The notes under the pieces are model-generated. The model was given only the letters and a program-made list of their open reading frames with translations. It was not told where the DNA came from and ran no database searches. From Bacteroidales bacterium (lineage in GTDB: Bacteria > Bacteroidota > Bacteroidia > Bacteroidales > FEN-979), in contig OY759717.1 in assembly GCA_963662525.1 (NCBI GenBank), positions 915,436 to 979,435 on the forward strand: 64,000 nt of DNA. The letters are read 5' to 3'. The position numbers were made by a program, and so were the translations under genes. Positions within the stretch are counted from its first letter, which is position 1; each line of letters opens with the position of its first letter. This document shows, piece after piece, positions 43,481 through 52,143 of the stretch.

Positions 43481-44455
43481 ATGACCATCGGCCTCACCTA
43501 CGACCTTCGGTCAGCATATCTGAAGGAAGGCTTTTCGGAAGAAGAAACCGCGGAATTTGATAAAGAAAGCACCCTGGAAGGCATAGAGACCGCCCTTCAC
43601 AAATTCGGTTATGCTACCGATCGTATCGGGCATCTGCGGCAGCTGATGGTCAGGCTACAAAACGGCGACCGCTGGGACTTGGTATTCAATATCTGCGAAG
43701 GCATGTTTGGCGTCGGACGTGAAAGCCAGGTTCCCTGCCTGCTGGATGCATACCGTATCCCCTATACCTTTTCAGATCCCCTGGTACTCTCACTAACCCT
43801 GAACAAAGCCATGACCAAAAGGGTAATGCGGGAGATCGGTGTTCCTACGCCTGATTTTACTGTGATTACCAATGAAAGTGATATAGAGGCTGTCACTTTA
43901 CCTTATCCTTTGTTCTTTAAACCGAACGAAGAAGGTTCAGGGAAAGGGATCGGTTATAAATCCCTGGCGAAATCGCCGGAGGATTTCAGAAAACACTGTT
44001 CCTCCTTATTGAAAAGCCTGAAGCAGCCGATCCTGGTGGAAACCTTCCTTCCCGGAAGAGAATTTACCACCGGTATTGTCGGGACCGGAGAAAACAGCTT
44101 TGTGGTCGGCACCCTTGAAATCGTTTACAATCCTGAAATGGAAACGAAAATCTATTCCTATGAAGTGAAATCGAATTATGAACAGTATGTCACTTACCGC
44201 GTTCCGGAAGAATCCATTGTGAACTCCTGTGCCCTCCTTGCCCTGAAGGCATGGAAGGGTTTAGGCGGAAGGGATGCAGGAAGGATCGATCTGAGAATGG
44301 ATGGAACGGGAAAGCTGAATTTTATTGAAATAAATCCGTTACCCGGACTGAATCACATCACCTCTGATCTCCCGATCCTGTGTTATCACAATCACTTTAC
44401 TTTTGATTTCCTCATAGAAAAAATTATAAACTCCGCACTTTTGCGCATTTCCTAA
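43481..44455 (+). CDS. ATP-grasp ligase, D-Ala-D-Ala ligase-like (1)
   Basis: PLFFKPNEEGSGKGI, GREFTTGIVG, GRIDLRMDGTGKLNFIEINPLPGL. Confidence 0.7.
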   Translation: MTIGLTYDLRSAYLKEGFSEEETAEFDKESTLEGIETALHKFGYATDRIGHLRQLMVRLQNGDRWDLVFNICEGMFGVGRESQVPCLLDAYRIPYTFSDPLVLSLTLNKAMTKRVMREIGVPTPDFTVITNESDIEAVTLPYPLFFKPNEEGSGKGIGYKSLAKSPEDFRKHCSSLLKSLKQPILVETFLPGREFTTGIVGTGENSFVVGTLEIVYNPEMETKIYSYEVKSNYEQYVTYRVPEESIVNSCALLALKAWKGLGGRDAGRIDLRMDGTGKLNFIEINPLPGLNHITSDLPILCYHNHFTFDFLIEKIINSALLRIS

Positions 44456-44465
44456 TTTCCTTATA

Positions 44466-45461
44466 ATGAATAAGCTGGCGGTCATATTATTCAATAAAAT
44501 TTCGAAGAATCCGGGAGACGACGAACTGGATGTGCTGGAACAGGTCGAAATAGTTGAAAAGGCCATGAAAGGCCTCGGGTTAAGGGTCAGGCAGGTGCAG
44601 CTCGACCTGAACCTTAAAAAGGCCATGGTTTCATTACAGAAATTAAATCCCCTGGTCATATTCAACCTGGCTGAGACCATTGAAAACCATGGAGAATTCG
44701 CGTACATAGCTCCTGCCCTGCTCACCCATCTGAATATTCCTTACACAGGTTCTCCGCTGATCCCCATGTTTTTCGCCTCCAATAAAGTCAGGGCGAAAAT
44801 TGAAATGAAAAGGCTTGGTATTCCAACCCCTTCCTGGTTTATGATAGATGAGCTGAAAAAACTTGATCCCGGGAAAAAATATATCGTCAAGCCCATCTGG
44901 GAAGAAGGATCTCTCGGACTGGATGAAGATTGCATTTTTATGGGAAATAACAGGAAATTTATAGCCAATATTGAAAAAAAGAATAAAAACTATTTTTTCG
45001 TAGAAGAATTTGTGGAAGGCAGGGAATTCAATATTTCCATTATCGCCAGCAGGAAAGGGCCGGAAGTGCTGCCTTTTGCTGAAATGACCTTCATCGATTA
45101 TCCGAAGGATAAGCCAAGGATCATGGGATATACGGCGAAATGGAAAGAAAATTCATTTGAATATACGCACACCCTGCGCACTTTTGAAATATCCAGCCTG
45201 GATGAATCCGTTTTCAAAAAGATGAGACAGATTTGCAAAAGATGCTGGAATTCCATGGGACTGATGGGCTATGTGAGACTGGATTTCAGGATCGACCGGA
45301 ATTCCAAACCTTATGTGATTGATATCAATGCCAATCCCTGCCTTTCAGGATCAGGAGGGTTTATGGCTGCTTCTGAGCGGGCTGGTTTGAATACCCAAGA
45401 AATCATGCGCAGGATCATTGAGGATGCTTTAGGATATCCATTACCAACATTTAAAAAATAA
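44466..45461 (+). CDS. ATP-grasp ligase, D-Ala-D-Ala ligase-like (2)
   Basis: YIVKPIWEEGSLGL, GREFNISII, GYVRLDFRIDRNSKPYVIDINANPCLS. Confidence 0.7.
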   Translation: MNKLAVILFNKISKNPGDDELDVLEQVEIVEKAMKGLGLRVRQVQLDLNLKKAMVSLQKLNPLVIFNLAETIENHGEFAYIAPALLTHLNIPYTGSPLIPMFFASNKVRAKIEMKRLGIPTPSWFMIDELKKLDPGKKYIVKPIWEEGSLGLDEDCIFMGNNRKFIANIEKKNKNYFFVEEFVEGREFNISIIASRKGPEVLPFAEMTFIDYPKDKPRIMGYTAKWKENSFEYTHTLRTFEISSLDESVFKKMRQICKRCWNSMGLMGYVRLDFRIDRNSKPYVIDINANPCLSGSGGFMAASERAGLNTQEIMRRIIEDALGYPLPTFKK

Positions 45462-45465
45462 CCGG

Positions 45466-45957
45466 ATGACAGAAAACCAGATGATAACCTTCAGGACTGA
45501 TGTCAGGGAGGAAGACATTTCCATCGTACGTGAAATTATTGTTTCCACCGGTTTTTTTTATGATATCGAAGTACCTGTCGCCGTTGAACTGGTAAGGGAA
45601 AGATATGAGCAAGGCCAGAACAGTGATTATCATGTTCTTTTTGCCGAGGTGGACGGAAAAACGGTAGCCTATTCCTGTTTTGGTCATATTGCAGGCACTG
45701 AAGGCAGTTTTGATCTGTACTGGATTGCCACGCATAACGACTGCAGGGGGAAAGGAACAGGAAAGCAATTGCTGGAAGAAACCGAAAAAGTCATTCGGAA
45801 GATGGGTGGCCGTTTGCTGATAGCGGAAACCTCGACCCTTGAAAAATATGCACCCACAAGGTATTTCTACGAAAAAGCGGGATATGTCCTGGAGGCAGAA
45901 ATAAAGGATTATTACAAGATTGGCGACGGCAAGGTGATTTACATCAAACGGTTTTAA
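45466..45957 (+). CDS. GNAT-family N-acetyltransferase
   Basis: Motif A: HNDCRGKGTGKQLLEE. Confidence 0.75.
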   Translation: MTENQMITFRTDVREEDISIVREIIVSTGFFYDIEVPVAVELVRERYEQGQNSDYHVLFAEVDGKTVAYSCFGHIAGTEGSFDLYWIATHNDCRGKGTGKQLLEETEKVIRKMGGRLLIAETSTLEKYAPTRYFYEKAGYVLEAEIKDYYKIGDGKVIYIKRF

Positions 45958-46766
45958 AGATATTGCTTTTGCAACTGCCTGATCAATTCAGGAGTCAACT
46001 TTTCCTGTTTACGGATATCATCAAATTTACTCAATAAATCCTCCACCGTCAATCTTCTTTTCTCCTCTGCACCAATATCATCTATGATCCGGCCATGATG
46101 CATCATGATAGTACGGGATCCCAGTTCCAAAGCTTGTTTCATGGAATGGGTAACCATCAGGGCAGTTAGTTTTCCTTCCCCGACAAATCGTTGGGTCAGA
46201 TGAATTACCTGTGATGCAGTCTTTGGATCGAGGGCAGCGGTATGTTCATCCAGCAGCAGAACTTCCGGTGTCCGCATCACCGCCATCAGCAAAGTCACAG
46301 CCTGGCGTTGACCGCCGGATAAGCTGGCCATGACGTGATCCAGGCGGTTTTCCAATTGCATTTCAAGGGAAGCCAGCTTCTCACGGAAAATTGCCATTAG
46401 ATTTTTCGTCAGGCTTATCCTTGGAAAGCGTGATTTACCCCTGAAATAAGCCATTAGCAGGTTCTCAGCCAGAGTCATATCAGAGGCTGTTCCGGCATAT
46501 GGGTTCTGAAAAACCCTTGACATGGATGAAGCCCTTTCAAAATCACTTTTACCTGTGATATCTTTACCGTTAAGAAAAACTTTCCCCTGGTCAGGGAAGA
46601 TTGTTCCCGCGATGGCATTCAGCAAGCTTGACTTCCCGGATCCGTTGGTACCTATGATGGTCACAAACTCATGGGGCTGAATCTGAAGGTTGATATCACA
46701 GAGGGCATCCACCTCATCGATAGAGTGGTGATTGAATTTCACGCCGATATTCCGGAGCACGATCAT
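45954..46766 (-). CDS. ABC transporter ATP-binding protein (COG1101-type)
   Basis: GTNGSGKSS, LSGGQRQA, LLLDEHTAALD. Confidence 0.85.
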   Translation of the reverse strand: MIVLRNIGVKFNHHSIDEVDALCDINLQIQPHEFVTIIGTNGSGKSSLLNAIAGTIFPDQGKVFLNGKDITGKSDFERASSMSRVFQNPYAGTASDMTLAENLLMAYFRGKSRFPRISLTKNLMAIFREKLASLEMQLENRLDHVMASLSGGQRQAVTLLMAVMRTPEVLLLDEHTAALDPKTASQVIHLTQRFVGEGKLTALMVTHSMKQALELGSRTIMMHHGRIIDDIGAEEKRRLTVEDLLSKFDDIRKQEKLTPELIRQLQKQYL

Positions 46767-48736
46767 TCTTTCCTGATTTTTATATTTGAATTCAGATCCG
46801 TTGAATCGACCAGCAGGTAAGGTTTTTTGTTCAGTATTCCGTCTTTGATCGAGGCATCCACTTTCTGAATAATTTCGGCGGGAATTTTGATCTTCATTTC
46901 TTTCTGAACGTCATAATTAAGGCCAGTAACCTGGTGCTTATACAATTCATAAGGGATTGATGCCGGATTTTCGCCCTTGAGTATGCGATTTACGAGATGT
47001 GCAGCTTGCTGCCCGCTGACATAATACTCATAACCGCAAACCATCAACGGGCCCTTAGAAAAACATCCGGCATCCGTGGCAAAAACGGGTATTTTTTTCC
47101 GGTGTGAAATCCTGATTACCGATTCGATGGCATCTGATACCGTGAGATCATTGATAAGCACAAATGCTTTGATATTTTTTGAAGCCAGCGCTTGGGCTGC
47201 CTGTTGCACATCATGGGTTCCGGAAACCGAAATTTCTTCCAGGATGAATTGCGGAAAGTCCCTCAGGACTCTTTTCAGATCTCCCAGATTCGCTTTGGTA
47301 TTTGGGAAAGCAGGATTATACATGGTGCCAATGCGTTGTTTACCCGGATAGATGAGGGTCATCATTTCAAGCAGTTCCCGGATAGGAGCCGATCCGTATA
47401 TCCCCGTGATATTCGGTGGATGATTGACAGAACTACTACCCACACCGATGATAAACGGGTTGGCAACCGTAGCGAATACGACAGGCTTATCCTTGATTTT
47501 ATTGGCTACAGCCTGGGTTGAAGCCGTTGAAATGGGAATAAAAATATCAACTCCACTGCTGATATACTGGTCAACGATGGTTTTGTTTGTCGGAATATCC
47601 CCTTCGGCATTCTGCTCGAGGATGATGCAACTTTTTCCTTCCACATATCCCAGCTTTTTCATCTCATCACGAAAGCCATCCCGGGTTTTTGTGAGAATGT
47701 CGCTTTCGTTGGCCAGGATCAGACCGATTTTCGGAATTTTCTGTTCTTTTTCCTGTTTGTGATACCATTTATTTCCCATAAATCCCATAAAAATGATAAT
47801 CCCAGCCAGAACAGAAAAGAGAACAGTCTTAGGGTATTTCCTCAGGAAATTAAAAACCGGTCCCTGAAGCCAGGTGGCTTCTGTAAAAGCCCGGGAAAGA
47901 ATAAGAGTAAGCAGAACAAATAATGCGGTAATGATCTTCAGGTCGTTGGGATCGAGTCCGATCATTAATGCCATGGCAACGGCAAGACGAAAGACTACCG
48001 TACCGATGATGACAGAAATGACACAGACAACTACCTTCCTTCCGGGGAACAAAGCCTGTCCGATAATAACGGCAGCCAGACTATAAATAATTGATCCTAT
48101 CCCCATGCCTATGTCGGCAAATCCCTGGTACTGGGCAACCAGCGCTCCCGACATACCCACCAATCCGTTGGAAAAAGAAATCCCGAAAATTTTAATCCGG
48201 TCAACACTTACCCCCTGGGCTGAAACCATGACCGGGTTATTCCCGGTAGCTCGCATTGTAAGGCCAAAATCTGATTTCAGGAAATACGACATCAGCAGCC
48301 AGAAGATGATCATCACAGTAAGGAATAAAACACCGGTCCATAGCTCCGGGTCAATGCCGGGATTGAATTTCTCAAAAACGGAAATCAGGGAAGTATGGTG
48401 CAACAGGGAGATATTGGATTTCCCCATGATGTGAAGGTTAACGGAATACAGTCCGGTCATAACGAGGATGCCTGAAAGCAATCCTTCCACTTTAAATTTG
48501 GTATGAATAATTCCCGTGAAAAAGCCAGCCAGAGCTCCTGCTAAAAACGCAATGGGGATGGTGAGCAAGGGGTTCCATCCATGGACGATCAGGATGGATC
48601 CGACGGCAGCGCCGGTTGTAAAGCTGCCATCAATGGTGATATCGGGAAAAGAATAATATTTATAGGTAATGAAAGTCCCCATGGCCATAAAGGCATAGAG
48701 AAACCCAAGATTCACCGCTCCTATCCAGACTTCCAT
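46763..48736 (-). CDS. ABC permease fused to a C-terminal periplasmic substrate-binding domain (COG4120 + COG2984-like)
   Basis: About 300 aa of polytopic permease, an extra TM (VLFSVLAGIIIFMGFMG), then an SBP-like domain (KIGLILANES...IFIPISTASTQA...). Confidence 0.65.
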   Translation of the reverse strand: MEVWIGAVNLGFLYAFMAMGTFITYKYYSFPDITIDGSFTTGAAVGSILIVHGWNPLLTIPIAFLAGALAGFFTGIIHTKFKVEGLLSGILVMTGLYSVNLHIMGKSNISLLHHTSLISVFEKFNPGIDPELWTGVLFLTVMIIFWLLMSYFLKSDFGLTMRATGNNPVMVSAQGVSVDRIKIFGISFSNGLVGMSGALVAQYQGFADIGMGIGSIIYSLAAVIIGQALFPGRKVVVCVISVIIGTVVFRLAVAMALMIGLDPNDLKIITALFVLLTLILSRAFTEATWLQGPVFNFLRKYPKTVLFSVLAGIIIFMGFMGNKWYHKQEKEQKIPKIGLILANESDILTKTRDGFRDEMKKLGYVEGKSCIILEQNAEGDIPTNKTIVDQYISSGVDIFIPISTASTQAVANKIKDKPVVFATVANPFIIGVGSSSVNHPPNITGIYGSAPIRELLEMMTLIYPGKQRIGTMYNPAFPNTKANLGDLKRVLRDFPQFILEEISVSGTHDVQQAAQALASKNIKAFVLINDLTVSDAIESVIRISHRKKIPVFATDAGCFSKGPLMVCGYEYYVSGQQAAHLVNRILKGENPASIPYELYKHQVTGLNYDVQKEMKIKIPAEIIQKVDASIKDGILNKKPYLLVDSTDLNSNIKIRKE

Positions 48737-49947
48737 CAGTAATTATCGAGATTCATAACTCCAATAAATCCACTTTTGATTTTTGATTCTGGTAATGTAT
48801 GAATAACTTTCTCAACTTCAAATTCCCGGCAAACACGATCAAGCTCTGAACTGAATTCAGAGGGTTTCTGGCTGATCAGCCGGTTATCAAAAATGGCAGA
48901 ATGAAAATGCAGGTCTGCTGCCTCGGGTAAATTCTTTTTAATACTCGGACTTAAAAGATTTCGATCCTTGACCACTAATCCTGCGGCGATGATTGTTTTA
49001 TTAATATCCTCCCCATCCAGTGAAAAGTTCACCCATTGGGTAAAATTATCGTCATCCAGAATACTCCCCTGATCTGGTTCATTTCCATGAATGGGGGATT
49101 TTCTCAGCGACATTCCCAGCATTCCGCCGCTACGGCCAAGCACCACCATGCCAAATAAACCTGATCCGGCAATTTTTGCAGCAGCTTGAGCTAAATTTTC
49201 CAGGGTCGGGATGTCAACACAGGCTTCGAAATGCAGAACAGCTGAAAATTCCCCCTTGAACCCGAATCCATATAAAAAATTCACGGCATGTTGAGAATCA
49301 CTGGTATAATAGGAATAGTCAACAAGTGGTCGCTTAACAGCCGGGAAAGAAAAGAAATGATGGCCGATAACAATTGATTCTCCGAAAAAGTTTTTACTAT
49401 CATCAAAATCATCGCCCAGAACAGCCAGTCCCGTACCAAATTGAATGTTGCCTTGCTGAATTCTGACAACATCCTCCTGTCCATATGCAGAAGTCTGTAA
49501 TTTATCAGCAGAGCCAATCGGAAAACAGGTTCCCCCCTTCCGATCAAAGGTTTGATAAGTAAAATTGATCCCCTGAAATTCAAAGAACGCAGATTTTTCT
49601 TTTTGAACCGAAGGCTGAATAAAATCACGAAGCGAAATTCCATCCTGAAGAATATGCAGGAACTGGTCCATTCCGCTGAGGCGCAAAACTTCATGGACAG
49701 GAGCAGGCACAGAGAGCAATATCAGCCTTCCGCCGATCAGGGCAAGTGATTTATGGGTCTGCAGGATGACCCTGAGTCCGGCACTGCTCATGTAGGTAAC
49801 AGCGGAAAGATTAACAGCAAGGAACCGCTGTCCGTCGGCAGCAGCTTGTTCAAACGCCATTTTAATCTCTGAAGCAGTTAATCCATCAATGCGTCCTTCG
49901 ATGGAAAGGACATCCACATTATCTTGTTTGGCAGAAAAAATTTTCAT
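48736..49947 (-). CDS. STAS-domain (anti-sigma antagonist-like) protein with ~300-aa unknown C-terminal domain
   Basis: VLSIEGRIDGLTASE...LSAVTYMSSAGLRVIL. I recognise nothing in the remainder. Confidence 0.6.
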   Translation of the reverse strand: MKIFSAKQDNVDVLSIEGRIDGLTASEIKMAFEQAAADGQRFLAVNLSAVTYMSSAGLRVILQTHKSLALIGGRLILLSVPAPVHEVLRLSGMDQFLHILQDGISLRDFIQPSVQKEKSAFFEFQGINFTYQTFDRKGGTCFPIGSADKLQTSAYGQEDVVRIQQGNIQFGTGLAVLGDDFDDSKNFFGESIVIGHHFFSFPAVKRPLVDYSYYTSDSQHAVNFLYGFGFKGEFSAVLHFEACVDIPTLENLAQAAAKIAGSGLFGMVVLGRSGGMLGMSLRKSPIHGNEPDQGSILDDDNFTQWVNFSLDGEDINKTIIAAGLVVKDRNLLSPSIKKNLPEAADLHFHSAIFDNRLISQKPSEFSSELDRVCREFEVEKVIHTLPESKIKSGFIGVMNLDNY

Positions 49948-51128
49948 GACTGTCCGGAAAAACGGATTGCCAGTAAGGTTATATCATCAGATTGTGGAAC
50001 TTCAGCTGAAAAGCTGTTCACATCCTGAAGCAGGTCCCTGACAACCTCATCCAGATTCTTGTCGAATGTGGGCTTAAGAAATATTTCAAGACGTTCTTCC
50101 CCAAATGCTTTTTCTGCCTTATTGAATGCCTCAGTTACTCCATCTGTATAAAGAAACAAGGTATCTCCGGGATTCAGGTGGGTCTTTTTTGATTTAAAAG
50201 TAAAATCTTCCATACAGCCCAGGATCGTCCCCCCGGTCATTTCCACCTTGGAAAGTCCGTTCCGGCTTATCGTATAAGGGGCATTATGACCTGCATTCAC
50301 ATAATCCAATTCCCCGGTAAGGGTATTCAGGATACCGTAGAATACGGTAACAAACATGCAGGAAACACTCTCATTGCACAAGAGATTATTAACATAATGC
50401 ATACACTCATCCGGTGGAATACCTTTTAAACCGGTAGCCCTGATCAGGGTCCGGCTGACCGCCATAAAAATAGCAGCAGGCACACCTTTCCCCGAAACAT
50501 CTCCGATAACAAATCCCAGCCGGTCGTTGTCGATCATGAAAAAATCAAAAAAATCGCCTCCCACTTCTTTGGCAGCTACCATGGCTGCATGAATATCGAA
50601 GTCCTTGCGGTTTGGGAAAGGCGGAAAAACTTTCGGCAGGATGGCCTGCTGTATCTCGCGTGCAGTCTGAAGATCGTGTTGTATCGAAATCAGCTGATCA
50701 TGTTCCTCCAGGGAGGTACGGATCTGCAGGATTTCCTCCATAGTCTTGTTGATCGTGATCTCCAGGTCCTCAAAATTGATTGGTTTGGTTAAAAAATCAA
50801 ATGCACCCCGGTTCATGGCTGTACGGATATTATCCATATCACCGTAGGCAGAAACCACTACGGTTTTCAAGCCAGGATTCTTCAGTTCCTTCAGTTTCAG
50901 TAACAAGGTCAGACCATCCATTTCAGGCATGTTGATATCCGACAGGATAATTCCGATCTCGGGAAATTCGATAAGACGGGTTAGTGCTTCAAGCCCATTA
51001 TGAGCAAACACAAAATCATAAACACCATCGCGTATCTGACGGCGGAATTTCTGGCGGATCAAAGGTTCGAGGTCGATTTCATCATCGACAACCATGATTT
51101 TAATGCTGGAGGTGTTGAGTTCGGACAT
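49944..51128 (-). CDS. Response regulator receiver fused to PP2C/SpoIIE phosphatase (RsbU-like)
   Basis: REC domain (MVVDDE...LSDINMPEMDG) and PP2C domain (GGDFFDF...GDVSGKGVPAA...DDITLL). Confidence 0.85.
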   Translation of the reverse strand: MSELNTSSIKIMVVDDEIDLEPLIRQKFRRQIRDGVYDFVFAHNGLEALTRLIEFPEIGIILSDINMPEMDGLTLLLKLKELKNPGLKTVVVSAYGDMDNIRTAMNRGAFDFLTKPINFEDLEITINKTMEEILQIRTSLEEHDQLISIQHDLQTAREIQQAILPKVFPPFPNRKDFDIHAAMVAAKEVGGDFFDFFMIDNDRLGFVIGDVSGKGVPAAIFMAVSRTLIRATGLKGIPPDECMHYVNNLLCNESVSCMFVTVFYGILNTLTGELDYVNAGHNAPYTISRNGLSKVEMTGGTILGCMEDFTFKSKKTHLNPGDTLFLYTDGVTEAFNKAEKAFGEERLEIFLKPTFDKNLDEVVRDLLQDVNSFSAEVPQSDDITLLAIRFSGQS

Positions 51129-51166
51129 ATATTACAGATTTAAACAGTAAAATAGTAAAATCATTT

Positions 51167-52027
51167 TTATTTTTTTGGCAGGGTTATGATGAATTCGGTA
51201 AATTCCCCTTCTTGGCTATTGACCATGATCTCTCCTTCATGGTCATGAATAATGTCCCGGCTGATTGAAAGTCCCAGACCTGTGCCGGAACCGGCTGGTT
51301 TAGTAGTAAAGAAGGGTGTAAATATTTTATCCACAACAGCCTGAGGAATTCCATTGCCATTGTCGCGAATACCGATCTGAATTTTATCGCCAAGGTTTTT
51401 CGTTTCAACACTTAAAAGCGGAAAATAGGTTTCCTTCAATTCCTTTTTCTTCTGTGCCGTGGCATAGCAGGAGTTGTTAATCAGGTTTAGAAATACACGA
51501 CTGAGGTCCTGAGGAACAACATTAATCATTCCGATGGTGTGGTCGAAACTGGTTTCGATTTTTATGTTAAATGTATTATCGGTTGCCCGCATGCCATGGT
51601 AACCCAGGTTGATATATTCTGATAAAAGGGTGTTAATGTCGGTAGCTTGTGTTTCTCCTGCTTTCCCCCGGGCATGTAGCAGGATGCCGCGGATGATGTT
51701 GTCAGCCCGTTTCCCATGCTCTATGATTTTTTTTGCATTATCTTCGAGATCAGAAAGAATAGCCTCAATTTCCGTATTTTTTTCAGCATCAGGCGATGTT
51801 AAGAGAGAGGCCAATTCCTGCCGCAGTTCCCGGATCAGTTCAATGGAAAGTTCTGAGAAATTAGTAATAAAGTTCAGGGGGTTCTTTATCTCATGCGCAA
51901 TTCCAGCCGTCAATTGCCCGAGGGATGCCATTTTTTCGGATTGAAGCAATTGTTTCCTGATGGCCTCTATTTCTGAAGTTTTATCCCGAAAATCAGCGGA
52001 TAAATTCTGGTCAAGGGGTAGCGACAT
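51167..52027 (-). CDS. Soluble histidine kinase (HisKA + HATPase_c, no sensor domain)
   Basis: H-box GIAHEIKNPL, N-box NLINNSCYA, DNGNGIP, GSGTGLGLSIS. Confidence 0.85.
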   Translation of the reverse strand: MSLPLDQNLSADFRDKTSEIEAIRKQLLQSEKMASLGQLTAGIAHEIKNPLNFITNFSELSIELIRELRQELASLLTSPDAEKNTEIEAILSDLEDNAKKIIEHGKRADNIIRGILLHARGKAGETQATDINTLLSEYINLGYHGMRATDNTFNIKIETSFDHTIGMINVVPQDLSRVFLNLINNSCYATAQKKKELKETYFPLLSVETKNLGDKIQIGIRDNGNGIPQAVVDKIFTPFFTTKPAGSGTGLGLSISRDIIHDHEGEIMVNSQEGEFTEFIITLPKK

Positions 52028-52143
52028 GTGAGTAAGCTTTGTGTAAAATTATGCTATTTCATTAAAGTTCCATAAAAATATTAAGATTTTTGAATCATAT
52101 TTGTTTAAATTTGGTTGAAATAAAACCTCTTTATTGACAACCC

